This document shows positions 36,733 to 46,762 of a stretch of DNA of 64,000 bases, piece by piece. The translations under genes and the position numbers were made by a program. Each line of letters begins with the position of its first letter. The first letter of the stretch is position 1. The DNA is taken from the NCBI GenBank assembly GCA_012841525.1, contig DUUO01000032.1, positions 6,166-70,165 of the forward strand, read 5' to 3'. Source of the stretch: Clostridiales bacterium. Its GTDB lineage: Bacteria; Bacillota; Clostridia; Christensenellales; DTU072. The notes beneath the pieces were generated by a model. The model was not told where the DNA came from and made no database searches. It saw nothing but the letters and a program-made list of their open reading frames with translations.

Positions 36733-38088
36733 ATGGAAATACAAAATCAAACAATTGAAAATGGAAATGCAAAAAAACCTTTAGTTGCAGTAGTAGGAAG
36801 GCCAAATGTTGGTAAGTCTACTTTCTTTAACAAGGTCGCAGGAAGAAGAATTTCTATTGTTGATAATGTTCCAGGAGTTACAAGAGATAGAGTTTATGTT
36901 GATGTTGATTGGGTAGGCTATAATTTTACTTTAATCGATACGGGCGGTCTTGAACTCAAAAGCGATGATTTAATGTGGAAACATATTCGTACTCAAGCAG
37001 AACTTGCAATAGACATAAGTGATGTTATAATTTTTTTAGTTGATGCAAAAACTGGTGTAACTACAGATGATTTAGAAGTTGCTAATATGCTAAGAAAATC
37101 TAACAAACGCATTGTCTTAGCAGTAAATAAAATTGATGGACAAGATCCAAGTGTAGTTTTTGATTTTTATTCTTTAGGCCTTGGACATCCAAATCCAATT
37201 TCAGCTGAGCAAGGTCTAGGTATTGGCGATTTATTGGATGAAGTTGTAAAAGAATTTGATAAATATGAAATAATTGAAGATGACAATGTATTAAAAATTG
37301 CAGTTGTTGGAAAACCAAATTCTGGGAAATCTTCTTTAGTTAATAGTTTGTTAGGATATGAAAGAAGCATTGTAACAAATGTCGCTGGCACAACTAGAGA
37401 TGCTATTGATACTCCAATTGAATATGATGGTCAAAAGTTTTTATTAATTGACACTGCTGGTATAAGGAAGAAGGCAAAAGTTTCAGAAGATGTAGAATAT
37501 TACAGCGTTATTAGAAGTATTGCGGCAATAAAAAGAGCAGATATTGTTTTAATTGTTATTGATGCTCAAGAAATGTTAACGGAACAAGATATTAAAATTT
37601 GTGGTTTAGTTCATGAAGCAAATAAGCCAAGTGTAATATTAATGAACAAATGGGATTTAATAGAAAAAGATACAAATACGGCATATCAATTTACAAATAA
37701 GCTTAAAGAACAACTAAAGTTTATGAGTTATTTTAAACCACTCTACATTAGTGCGTTGACTGGAAAAAGAGTTAATCAAGTATTAAAAGCTGCTATAGAA
37801 GTTTATGAAAATGCATCAAGACATATTTCAACTGGTTTGTTAAATGAAATAATTAATAATGCTATTTTAACTAATGAACCGCCATTAAAAAGTGGCAGAC
37901 GCTTAAAAATATATTATGCTGTACAAGGAGGGGTAAATCCTCCGACTTTTGTTTTTTTTGTAAATGATACTTCATTAATTCATTTTTCATATTTAAGATT
38001 TTTGGAAAATCAAATTAGAGATGCTTTTGTTTTTGAAGGAACGCCAATAAAACTAGTTACTAGGGCAAAGAAAGACAGTGAATTTTAA
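36733..38088 (+). CDS. der: Ribosome-biogenesis GTPase Der (EngA), tandem G domains
   Basis: GRPNVGKST and GKPNSGKSS P-loops, two DTGG/DTAG and NK.D sets, and a KH-like C-terminus. Confidence 0.9.
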   Translation: MEIQNQTIENGNAKKPLVAVVGRPNVGKSTFFNKVAGRRISIVDNVPGVTRDRVYVDVDWVGYNFTLIDTGGLELKSDDLMWKHIRTQAELAIDISDVIIFLVDAKTGVTTDDLEVANMLRKSNKRIVLAVNKIDGQDPSVVFDFYSLGLGHPNPISAEQGLGIGDLLDEVVKEFDKYEIIEDDNVLKIAVVGKPNSGKSSLVNSLLGYERSIVTNVAGTTRDAIDTPIEYDGQKFLLIDTAGIRKKAKVSEDVEYYSVIRSIAAIKRADIVLIVIDAQEMLTEQDIKICGLVHEANKPSVILMNKWDLIEKDTNTAYQFTNKLKEQLKFMSYFKPLYISALTGKRVNQVLKAAIEVYENASRHISTGLLNEIINNAILTNEPPLKSGRRLKIYYAVQGGVNPPTFVFFVNDTSLIHFSYLRFLENQIRDAFVFEGTPIKLVTRAKKDSEF

Positions 38089-38503
38089 AATAACTGTTAA
38101 TAGGCAATTAAAAGCAGCTCATTTTTCAAAGCATCGAAAAAGCAGTGAATATAAAAATTTTTATTAATGTAAAAAATAAATTAATTTAGTGCAAGCAATA
38201 GTTATTAATTTTTTTATAAACATCAAAAAACATAGATAAATTTAATTTAAAGTACTAATTACTAGAAATTTTATTGTTTTAGCATAAAAACATTATAAAA
38301 AATAATAACTAAGGTATATAATGAATTTAACAAAAAAACAAAATTTTTTGTTTTAATATTTTGTGATATATATTAGTCATTAGAATTTAGTGATTTATGA
38401 CAAAATAATTTAGTTACAACAGTGTTAGAAATTTATCGTTACTTTGTCAAATTATAAAATTAATGCTGCTAATCCTAGTGGTTAAATTTAAACGGCATTT
38501 TGT

Positions 38504-39781
38504 ATGTTAAATGATATGTTAGTTAATTTAAGTTTAGAAGAAAAAAGAAAAGTTTTTGATGTTGAAGCAAAAAAGCATAAGAATTTTTGCGAAATGAACT
38601 TGTCATTGAATATGGCAAGAGGTAAGCCTTCACCAGAGCAATTAGATATTTCTAATGGTTTATTAGATGAATTGAATTCAACTATAAAGTTTACTGGAAC
38701 AGATTATAGAAATTATGGTATTTTAGATGGTATTCCAGAACTTAAAAATCTTTTTTGTGATTTGTTAAATGTTGAAACTGATGAAATTATTGTCAATGAA
38801 AATGCAAGTTTAATATTAATGTATGACTCATTACAAAGAGCAATGCAGTTTGGTGTTTTAGGTGGTAAACCTTGGAACGAACAAGGTAAAATAAAGTGGC
38901 TATGTCCAGTGCCTGGATATGATAGACATTTTGCAATAACAGAATTATTTGGTATAGAAATGATAAATATACCTATTGATGAAAATGGGCCTGATATGGA
39001 CATGATAGAAGAACTTGTCAAAGATCCACAAGTTAAAGGTATTTGGTGTGTTCCAAAATATAGCAATCCAACAGGTGTAGTATATAGCGATGAAGTTGTA
39101 GATAGATTTGCTAAATTAAAACCTAGTGCTAGCGATTTTAGAATCTTTTGGGATAATGCATATATGGTTCATTGGCTATATGAAGACGATAAACTTCTTG
39201 ATCTTTTTGCACAAGCAAAAAAATATGGAAATGAAAATATGATTTACATGTTTGGCTCAACATCAAAAATTACTTTTGCAGGAGCAGGTGTTGCCTTCAT
39301 TGTTGCAAGTAAAGAAAATATTAAGTCATTAAAATCTTTAATGGGGATTCAATCTATAGGACCAAATAAATTGGTTCAATTTGCTCATTATAAATTTTTG
39401 AAAAATAAAGAAAATATTCAAAATATTATGAAAAAACATGCAGAAATTTTAAGGCCAAAGTTTGAAAAAGTCTTAGAGATTTTAGAAGCCGAACTTGGAA
39501 ATACTGGAATCGCCACATGGTTAAAACCTAGAGGAGGATATTTTGTAGCTTGTAATTTATATGAGGGAACTGCAAAGCGAACAGTTGAGCTTGCAAAACT
39601 TGCAGGTGTTACATTTACTGCTTCTGGTGCAACATATCCATATAAAAAGGACCCTAAAGATAGTAGTTTGCGAATTGCTCCATCATATCCATCATATGAA
39701 GATTTAGGTCTTGCTATGCAAATATTTTGCAATTCAGCAAAACTTGCTTACCTAGAAAAAGAATTGGGATTAACTGTTTAA
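38504..39781 (+). CDS. PLP-dependent aminotransferase (class I/II fold, aspartate-aminotransferase-like)
   Basis: Track ORF with NMARGKPSPEQLD near the N-terminus and a putative PLP lysine in FGSTSKITFAGAG. Substrate is unknown. Confidence 0.65.
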   Translation: MLNDMLVNLSLEEKRKVFDVEAKKHKNFCEMNLSLNMARGKPSPEQLDISNGLLDELNSTIKFTGTDYRNYGILDGIPELKNLFCDLLNVETDEIIVNENASLILMYDSLQRAMQFGVLGGKPWNEQGKIKWLCPVPGYDRHFAITELFGIEMINIPIDENGPDMDMIEELVKDPQVKGIWCVPKYSNPTGVVYSDEVVDRFAKLKPSASDFRIFWDNAYMVHWLYEDDKLLDLFAQAKKYGNENMIYMFGSTSKITFAGAGVAFIVASKENIKSLKSLMGIQSIGPNKLVQFAHYKFLKNKENIQNIMKKHAEILRPKFEKVLEILEAELGNTGIATWLKPRGGYFVACNLYEGTAKRTVELAKLAGVTFTASGATYPYKKDPKDSSLRIAPSYPSYEDLGLAMQIFCNSAKLAYLEKELGLTV

Positions 39782-39816
39782 TTCAACCAAATATTTATAG
39801 TAAGTATAATTCAAAT

Positions 39817-39857
39817 AAAAAAACTGGCATTTTATTTTATGCCAGTTTTTATTTTTT
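39817..39857. terminator. Bidirectional intrinsic terminator between the convergent aminotransferase gene and guaB
   Basis: A7 - CTGGCAT - tttatttt - ATGCCAG - T-run. It is symmetric and usable from both strands. Confidence 0.8.
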
Positions 39858-39872
39858 AGTAAAACAATTTTT

Positions 39873-41345
<1,473 letters not shown>

Positions 41346-41704
41346 TCATTTTTTTTATTATAAGAAATATAAGGTTAATAGTCAATTATATTGCTTGTAT
41401 TCATTTGTAGTTTTAATTAATTTAAGTAATTGTGAAAGTAAATATAAAAATAAAGCAAAATACTAATTTTACTGGTACTTCTAAGTAGCAGGGCTATGGA
41501 AAATAAAATATAGCAATAAAATCGAATGATAAACTTAAAAGGTGATTTTTAAATAACGGGTTATTACAAAAATAAATAAAAATATAATTAAAACATCAAT
41601 TTTTATAGTTAAATCTTAAGTAAAATGTTTTTGTTATGTATGCTTTTCTTGACAAAATTATTTGTGTGTTAGATAATCAATGTGTAAATTTTTTAGGAGA
41701 GAAA

Positions 41705-42880
41705 ATGAGTTTAATAGGAACTGTAGGTAGAGGCATAAAAGCCCCGATATTTAGAGAGGGTGATAATTTACCAGAAATGGTTGTTGATTGTGTAATAAAT
41801 GCATCTCAAAATGAAAATTTTGAATTAAATAATAAAGATATAGTAGGGGTAACTGAGGCGGTCTTAGCGAGGACTCAAGGTAACTATGCTACAATCGAGC
41901 AAATTGCAAAAGCAGTAAATCAAATATTTGGAAATGAAGAAGTTGGTTTAGTTTTCCCAATTTTATCTAGAAATAGATTTTTACCGATTTTAAAAGCCAT
42001 ATCTAAAGGGGTTAAAAAACTTTATGTTATGCTTTCATATCCAAGTGATGAAGTTGGAAATCCTTTGATTACTATTGAACAATTAAAACAATCAAAATTA
42101 AATCCATATACTGATGTTTTAACAGAAGTTGAATTTAGAAAAATCTTTCCTAAACTATCACATCCATTTACAGGTGTTGACTATATTAAGTTGTATAAAG
42201 AAGCAACTGATAATACTTGTGAAATTATTTTAGGAAATAAAGCAGAAGAAATACTTAAATATACAGATAAAATAATATGTGGAGACATTCATACTAGACA
42301 TAAAACAAAAAAAGAACTTTTGGATGCTGGAGCAAAAAATGTTGTTTCGCTCGATGAAATTTTAACTAATAGTGTTGATGGTAGTGGTTATAATGATAAA
42401 TACGGCTTGCTTGGGTCAAACCTTGCAACTGATGATTCAGTAAAATTATTTCCAAGAGACTGCCAAAACTTTGTTTTAGAAGTTCAAAAAATATTTAAAA
42501 AACGTACTGGTAAGGATATAGAAGTTTTAGTTTATGGTGATGGAGCATTTAAGGATCCTGTAGGTGGTATTTGGGAACTTGCTGATCCAGTGGTCGCACC
42601 TGCATTTACTCAAGGGTTAAGAGGAACACCAAATGAAATAAAATTAAAATATATTGCTGATAATAATTTAACAGATTTGAGTGAAGAAGAAGCTGAAGAA
42701 AAAATGAAACAAATTATAAAAAATAAGCAAGATATTAAAGATTCTAATGTAACTTTAGGAACTACCCCAAGGCAGTTTAGCGATTTGATAGGTTCTTTAT
42801 GCGATCTTTTAAGTGGAAGTGGAGACAAGGGAACTCCAATTGTATTGATACAAGGCTATTTTGACAATTATGCAAGTTAA
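41705..42880 (+). CDS. CofE-like (F420-0:gamma-glutamyl ligase fold) family protein, function unknown here
   Basis: SD taggagag plus the ATG at 41705; the track start at 41636 looks like an extension. N-terminal ..KAPIFREGDNLPEMVVD..DIVGVTEAVLARTQG and C-terminal ..DLLSGSGDKGTPIVLIQG resemble the conserved ends of CofE (PLIKEGDDL.., ..LLMGEGGDGIPAVVVRG). Confidence 0.5.
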   Translation: MSLIGTVGRGIKAPIFREGDNLPEMVVDCVINASQNENFELNNKDIVGVTEAVLARTQGNYATIEQIAKAVNQIFGNEEVGLVFPILSRNRFLPILKAISKGVKKLYVMLSYPSDEVGNPLITIEQLKQSKLNPYTDVLTEVEFRKIFPKLSHPFTGVDYIKLYKEATDNTCEIILGNKAEEILKYTDKIICGDIHTRHKTKKELLDAGAKNVVSLDEILTNSVDGSGYNDKYGLLGSNLATDDSVKLFPRDCQNFVLEVQKIFKKRTGKDIEVLVYGDGAFKDPVGGIWELADPVVAPAFTQGLRGTPNEIKLKYIADNNLTDLSEEEAEEKMKQIIKNKQDIKDSNVTLGTTPRQFSDLIGSLCDLLSGSGDKGTPIVLIQGYFDNYAS

Positions 42881-43030
42881 TTTTATTTAAAATAAAAAGA
42901 AAAAGCGTAGTTGTTGGTATATTCTAAAAAATCAAATTAAAACTTTATTATTATTAAAATTATTTAATATATACTAAAAGTAGTTAGTTATATTAAATGT
43001 GATGTTGTATAATTACACTATAGGGAAAAT

Positions 43031-45514
43031 ATGGAGCAAAAAATAAAAGATATTATTAGTCAATTAACTTTAGAAGAAAAGGCCGCATTGTGTTCTGGCA
43101 TTTCTTCATGGGATACTACGCCAATTAAAAGACTTGGAATACCATCTGTTAATATGGCTGATGGACCCCACGGCATGCGAAAAGAAGCAGATGAAGCAAA
43201 CTTTGCTAATTTATTTGATACATCTTATCCTGCAACTTGTTTCCCTCCTGCTGCAACATTAGCATCAACTTGGAATAAAGAACTAGTGTATAAAACTGGA
43301 AAAGCCATTGCTTGTGAAGCAAAAGATCAAGATGTTGCAGTTGTTTTAGGACCTGGTGTTAATATCAAAAGGTCTCCTTTGTGTGGTAGAAATTTTGAAT
43401 ATTTTTCAGAAGATCCATATCTTACGGCTGAGCTTGGTGTTTCTTATGTTAACGGTGTTCAAAGTGAAAATGTTGGGACATCTGTAAAACATTTTGCAGC
43501 AAATTCTCAAGAATTTAGGCGCTTAATTTCTAGTAGTGAAGTAGATGAACGTGCACTTAGAGAAATATATTTATATGCTTTTGAACAAATTGTTAAAAGA
43601 GCAAACCCTTATACAATTATGAGTGCTTACAATAAAATTAACGGCGTTTATGCTTCTGAAGATAAATATTTATTGAAAGATATATTGAAAAAAGAATGGG
43701 GATATAAAGGTATAGTTGTATCTGATTGGGGCGCAGTAAGTGATCGAGTTGAAGGTGTGAAAGCAGGATTACATTTAGAAATGCCTTCTTCTAACGGCAC
43801 AAGAGATATAGAAATTGTTAATGCTGTAAAAGATGGTGTCCTTTTAGAAAAAGATTTAGATGCCATTTTAGTTGAACTTTTAGATTTTATATTTAAGTGT
43901 GATGAAAATTTAACAAAAAACAAAAAATATAAAGCTGATTATGCTGCAAATCACATTTTAGCAAAAGAAGTGGCAAATGAAGGCACTGTTTTATTGAAAA
44001 ATGATGGTATTTTGCCATTAAAAGAAAATTCAAGTTTGGCTGTTGTTGGTAAGCTTGCTGAGCATATGCGCTATCAAGGTGGCGGAAGTAGCAATGTTAT
44101 TCCAAAACACGAAGTTAGTTTTTTAACTCATCTAGATACAATAGGAGTTAAGTATAGTTATTCTCCAGGTTATGCAATTGAATGTGATAAAGTATCAGAA
44201 TTAATGATAAAAGAGGCTGCAAATTCTACAGTTGGTAAAGATGTTGTGCTAGTTTACATTGGCTTAACTGATGAATTTGAATCTGAGAGCTTTGATAGAG
44301 AACACTTAGAAATACCAAAGGCACATATTGCCTTATTAGAAGAAGTTTATAAAGTAAACAAAAATATAGTTGTTATTTTAGTGGGTGGTTCACCTTCAAA
44401 TATAAATTATTATGATAAAGCAAGAGCAATTTTATATACAGGTCTTACTGGTGAGGCTGGTGGTGAATCGAATTATGAATTATTGACAGGTAAAGCAAAT
44501 CCATCTGGTAAACTTTCTGAAACTTTTCCAATAGATTTAGATGATGAAATGTCAACTCAATATTTTGGATCTCCTTATGCAGAATATAGAGAAAGTATAT
44601 TTGTAGGCTATAGATATTTTGACAAGGCTAAAAAGCAAGTTAGATTTCCTTTTGGTTTTGGCCTTTCTTATACAAAATTTGAATATTCTAATTTAAAAGT
44701 TTCTAAAAAATCATTGAAATGCGGAGAAAAACTTGTTGTATCGTTTAATATAAAAAACATTGGAAAATACGCAGGTGCTGAGGTCTGTCAGTTATATGTA
44801 AGCAATAAAAATTCTAAGCAAATTATGGCTGAAAAAGAGCTAAAAGGATTTGAAAAAGTATATTTAAGAGAGGGTGAAGAAAAAACTGTAGAAATTGAAT
44901 TAGATGATAGATCATTTTCTTTTTATAATGTAGCAGATAAAGAATGGCAAATTGAAAATGGATTTTTTGATATTTTAATTGGAAGTTCTTCAAGACATAT
45001 TTTATTAAAAGAAACAATTTCTCATGAGGGAAATGCTAAAAATATTACTGATTTTACTCTTTCTGCCCCTTCATATTTTAACTTAGAAAAAGTTGACTCT
45101 ATTCCTTTAAATGATTTTGAAAACTTATTAGGAAGACCAGTTAATATATATATGCGTCCTAAGCATAAAGAGTACACAATGGATACATGTATGGGTGAAT
45201 TGCATCCCAAGGGATTCGCTAGATTTTTGCTTTGGACTGTAAAAGTTAGTTCGCAACATTTTTTAGGCTCAAAAGAGAAAAAAACAAAGGCAAAAAAGAA
45301 AATGTTTTATGAAGGTGCGTTAAATATTCCTTTCCGTAACTTATATGCACAATCAATGGGTCATGTTTCAAAACATACAATTGATGGTTTGTTATTAATG
45401 ACAAATGGAAGATTTTTTAAGGGATTTTTCAAAATAATATCTTCAGCATTTGAAAAAAAGTTTGATAAAAAGAAGTTATATTTAACACCCCCTGAAAATC
45501 AAAAAGATAAATAA
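43031..45514 (+). CDS. Glycoside hydrolase family 3 beta-glucosidase (BglX-like) with C-terminal extension
   Basis: Track ORF with DGPHGMR, KHFAANSQE, the nucleophile region VVSDWGA, and an FnIII-like segment. The basic C-terminal tail of about 100 aa is unusual. Confidence 0.85.
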   Translation: MEQKIKDIISQLTLEEKAALCSGISSWDTTPIKRLGIPSVNMADGPHGMRKEADEANFANLFDTSYPATCFPPAATLASTWNKELVYKTGKAIACEAKDQDVAVVLGPGVNIKRSPLCGRNFEYFSEDPYLTAELGVSYVNGVQSENVGTSVKHFAANSQEFRRLISSSEVDERALREIYLYAFEQIVKRANPYTIMSAYNKINGVYASEDKYLLKDILKKEWGYKGIVVSDWGAVSDRVEGVKAGLHLEMPSSNGTRDIEIVNAVKDGVLLEKDLDAILVELLDFIFKCDENLTKNKKYKADYAANHILAKEVANEGTVLLKNDGILPLKENSSLAVVGKLAEHMRYQGGGSSNVIPKHEVSFLTHLDTIGVKYSYSPGYAIECDKVSELMIKEAANSTVGKDVVLVYIGLTDEFESESFDREHLEIPKAHIALLEEVYKVNKNIVVILVGGSPSNINYYDKARAILYTGLTGEAGGESNYELLTGKANPSGKLSETFPIDLDDEMSTQYFGSPYAEYRESIFVGYRYFDKAKKQVRFPFGFGLSYTKFEYSNLKVSKKSLKCGEKLVVSFNIKNIGKYAGAEVCQLYVSNKNSKQIMAEKELKGFEKVYLREGEEKTVEIELDDRSFSFYNVADKEWQIENGFFDILIGSSSRHILLKETISHEGNAKNITDFTLSAPSYFNLEKVDSIPLNDFENLLGRPVNIYMRPKHKEYTMDTCMGELHPKGFARFLLWTVKVSSQHFLGSKEKKTKAKKKMFYEGALNIPFRNLYAQSMGHVSKHTIDGLLLMTNGRFFKGFFKIISSAFEKKFDKKKLYLTPPENQKDK

Positions 45515-45537
45515 AATTTCAAATTCGGATTTATTTT

Positions 45538-46134
45538 ATGACTATTGATGAAATAGTAGTAGCAAGTAATAATTTAAATAAAATAAAAGAAATAAAAAAG
45601 ATTATTGGTGATGAGATAAATCTTTTTTCTTTGCGTTCTATTGGTTTTAATCAAGAAATTGAAGAAAATGGGAGCACTTTTTATGAAAATGCTTTAATAA
45701 AAGCAAAAACAGTTGCTAATTTTATTGATAAACCAGTACTTGCCGATGACAGTGGCTTGGTAGTCCCATATTTAAATGGTGATCCAGGTGTTTGTTCTGC
45801 AAGATTTGCAAGTTTACATGCAACTGATAAAGAGAATAATGATAAGTTGCTCTCATTGTTAGGTAATACCGATGATAGAAATGCAAAGTTTGTTTGTGAA
45901 TTAGTTTTATTATTTCCAAATGGTAAAATTTTGCATGCAACTGGTGAAGTAAGTGGCTATATATTAAGATCGCCTAAAGGTAATTTTGGCTTTGGCTACG
46001 ATCCATTATTTTACTCTTATGAACTTAAAAAAACTTTTGCCGAAGTAACTGATGAAGAAAAAAATTTAGTAAGCCATAGGGCAAGAGCAGTAAAATCATT
46101 GCTTTCCAAAATCAAAAAATTAAATGATTTGTAA
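45538..46134 (+). CDS. rdgB: Non-canonical purine NTP pyrophosphatase (RdgB/HAM1 family)
   Basis: VVASNNLNKIKEI, DDSGL, FGYDP and SHRARA motifs. Confidence 0.85.
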   Translation: MTIDEIVVASNNLNKIKEIKKIIGDEINLFSLRSIGFNQEIEENGSTFYENALIKAKTVANFIDKPVLADDSGLVVPYLNGDPGVCSARFASLHATDKENNDKLLSLLGNTDDRNAKFVCELVLLFPNGKILHATGEVSGYILRSPKGNFGFGYDPLFYSYELKKTFAEVTDEEKNLVSHRARAVKSLLSKIKKLNDL

Positions 46135-46338
46135 TACCAGATACATTTTTTTTCAAATTTAGTTAATCTATTGAATTTTTTTAATTGTTGTAATTATGTA
46201 TCCATAGCTACAATACAGTAGTTTATATTCGGATTAATAACCTTTTGGAATATTTTTTTAATACCTAATAAAATAAAAATATTTATTTTTTTATTGCACT
46301 CTCTCAAAATTAGATTGAAGTCTGTATAGTTCGATTTA

Positions 46339-46650
46339 TGTGAGTTTAGAATCAAAAAAATTTATATGTGTAAAACATTATTTGTTTTCTTAATTTTTGC
46401 AATTAATGTTGTAGATGGTTTGATTGTATTTGTGCATTTTGGAAAAGTTATTACAAATTTTTTATTGTGTGGTAAAGCATAATGTGATTTTGTTCTACTG
46501 AGGATAATTCAAATAAAAAATATTAATATTTTGTGATACTTTGAATTTTTAAAAATGTTAAGTTGTGAATTTTTTTTGTTTTACATTATTGCAATAATTT
46601 TTGTAAAATTTATACTTTCATTTTTGTTTTTTTTATGTGAAATAATGTGA
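46339..46650 (+). promoter_or_regulatory. Six same-strand TGTGA-core direct repeats in the long AT-rich region upstream of the giant gene
   Basis: WWTGTGAWWT cores sit at 46339, 46483, 46532, 46564, 46636 and 46646, all on the + strand. Confidence 0.3.
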
Positions 46651-46697
46651 AATTATATGAATTTTATATTTATTAGAATAAATTTATGTTGGCAATT

Positions 46698-46726
46698 TTG
46701 CATTGCTTACTCTAATATATTATAAT
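46698..46726 (+). promoter_or_regulatory. Putative sigma-70-type promoter of the giant gene
   Basis: TTGCAT (46698-46703), then 17 nt, then TATAAT (46721-46726), 37 nt upstream of ATG 46763. AT-rich DNA produces many -10 look-alikes. Confidence 0.45.
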
Positions 46727-46762
46727 GATAACAATTAAAGGTGCATAAGGGAAAACTATAAG

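Noticed and set aside
38062-38150. Possible 3'-end echo after der: gcaaagaaagacagtgaattttaaaa compared with gcatcgaaaaagcagtgaatataaaa. A similar weak resemblance follows parC at 36615-36690.
   Set aside because: The similarity is short, needs an indel, and is mostly A-rich sequence. It is not distinguishable from chance by eye, so I have not counted it among the echo loci.
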